Origin: a virus
Taxonomy: Duplodnaviria > Heunggongvirae > Uroviricota > Caudoviricetes
Strand: one strand, 5' to 3'
Length of the DNA: 5,051 nucleotides
Virus record (IMG/VR): IMGVR_UViG_2734482004_000002
Shown: piece after piece, positions 4,977 to 5,051 of the stretch
How the letters are laid out: every line of letters starts with the position of its first letter
How positions within the stretch are numbered: the stretch's first letter is position 1
Notes under the pieces: model-generated
Databases searched by the model: none
Told to the model about the DNA's origin: nothing
What the model saw: only the letters and a program-made list of their open reading frames with translations
Translations under genes and position numbers: made by a program

Positions 4977-5051
4977 GGGTGGTTCCTTATGTTGGTTTTA
5001 TTAGTAGGTTATTTTTGTTGCGAATACTTCGCCTTTTACGATGGCTGTTAT

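Noticed and set aside
1-5051. CRISPR arrays, IS elements, rRNA genes.
   Set aside because: No spaced direct repeats, no terminal inverted repeats flanking a transposase-like ORF, and no rRNA-like sequence were seen.

Overview
This window reads as the attR-proximal end of a lambdoid / P22-like prophage in an E. coli-like chromosome; all family assignments are from motif recognition by eye, with no database search run. Positions 2-352 (+) are the 3' end of a host LysR-family regulator, probably dsdC. Position 451-466 carries a tRNA 3' end (CTGCAGGGGACACCAT on the minus strand), the likely att core, and 540-740 (-) encodes a 66-aa AlpA/TorI-type excisionase. From about 798 to 4976 every gene is on the minus strand in a tightly packed, partly translationally coupled early-left operon, transcribed right to left: cIII, kil-like, a 52-aa acidic ORF, erf, an SSB-like gene, then six accessory ORFs (98 aa, 178 aa, Cys-rich 99 aa, Ea22-like/DUF551 190 aa, 95-aa membrane protein, 94-aa ASCH-like) and a ~55-aa ORF broken by a 10-N assembly gap with 51-bp duplicated flanks. 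No rRNA, intact tRNA, CRISPR array or IS element is visible. The most interesting points are a tRNA 3' half split in two around the excisionase gene and the uncharacterised accessory block; I cannot show from sequence alone that any of it is a new system.
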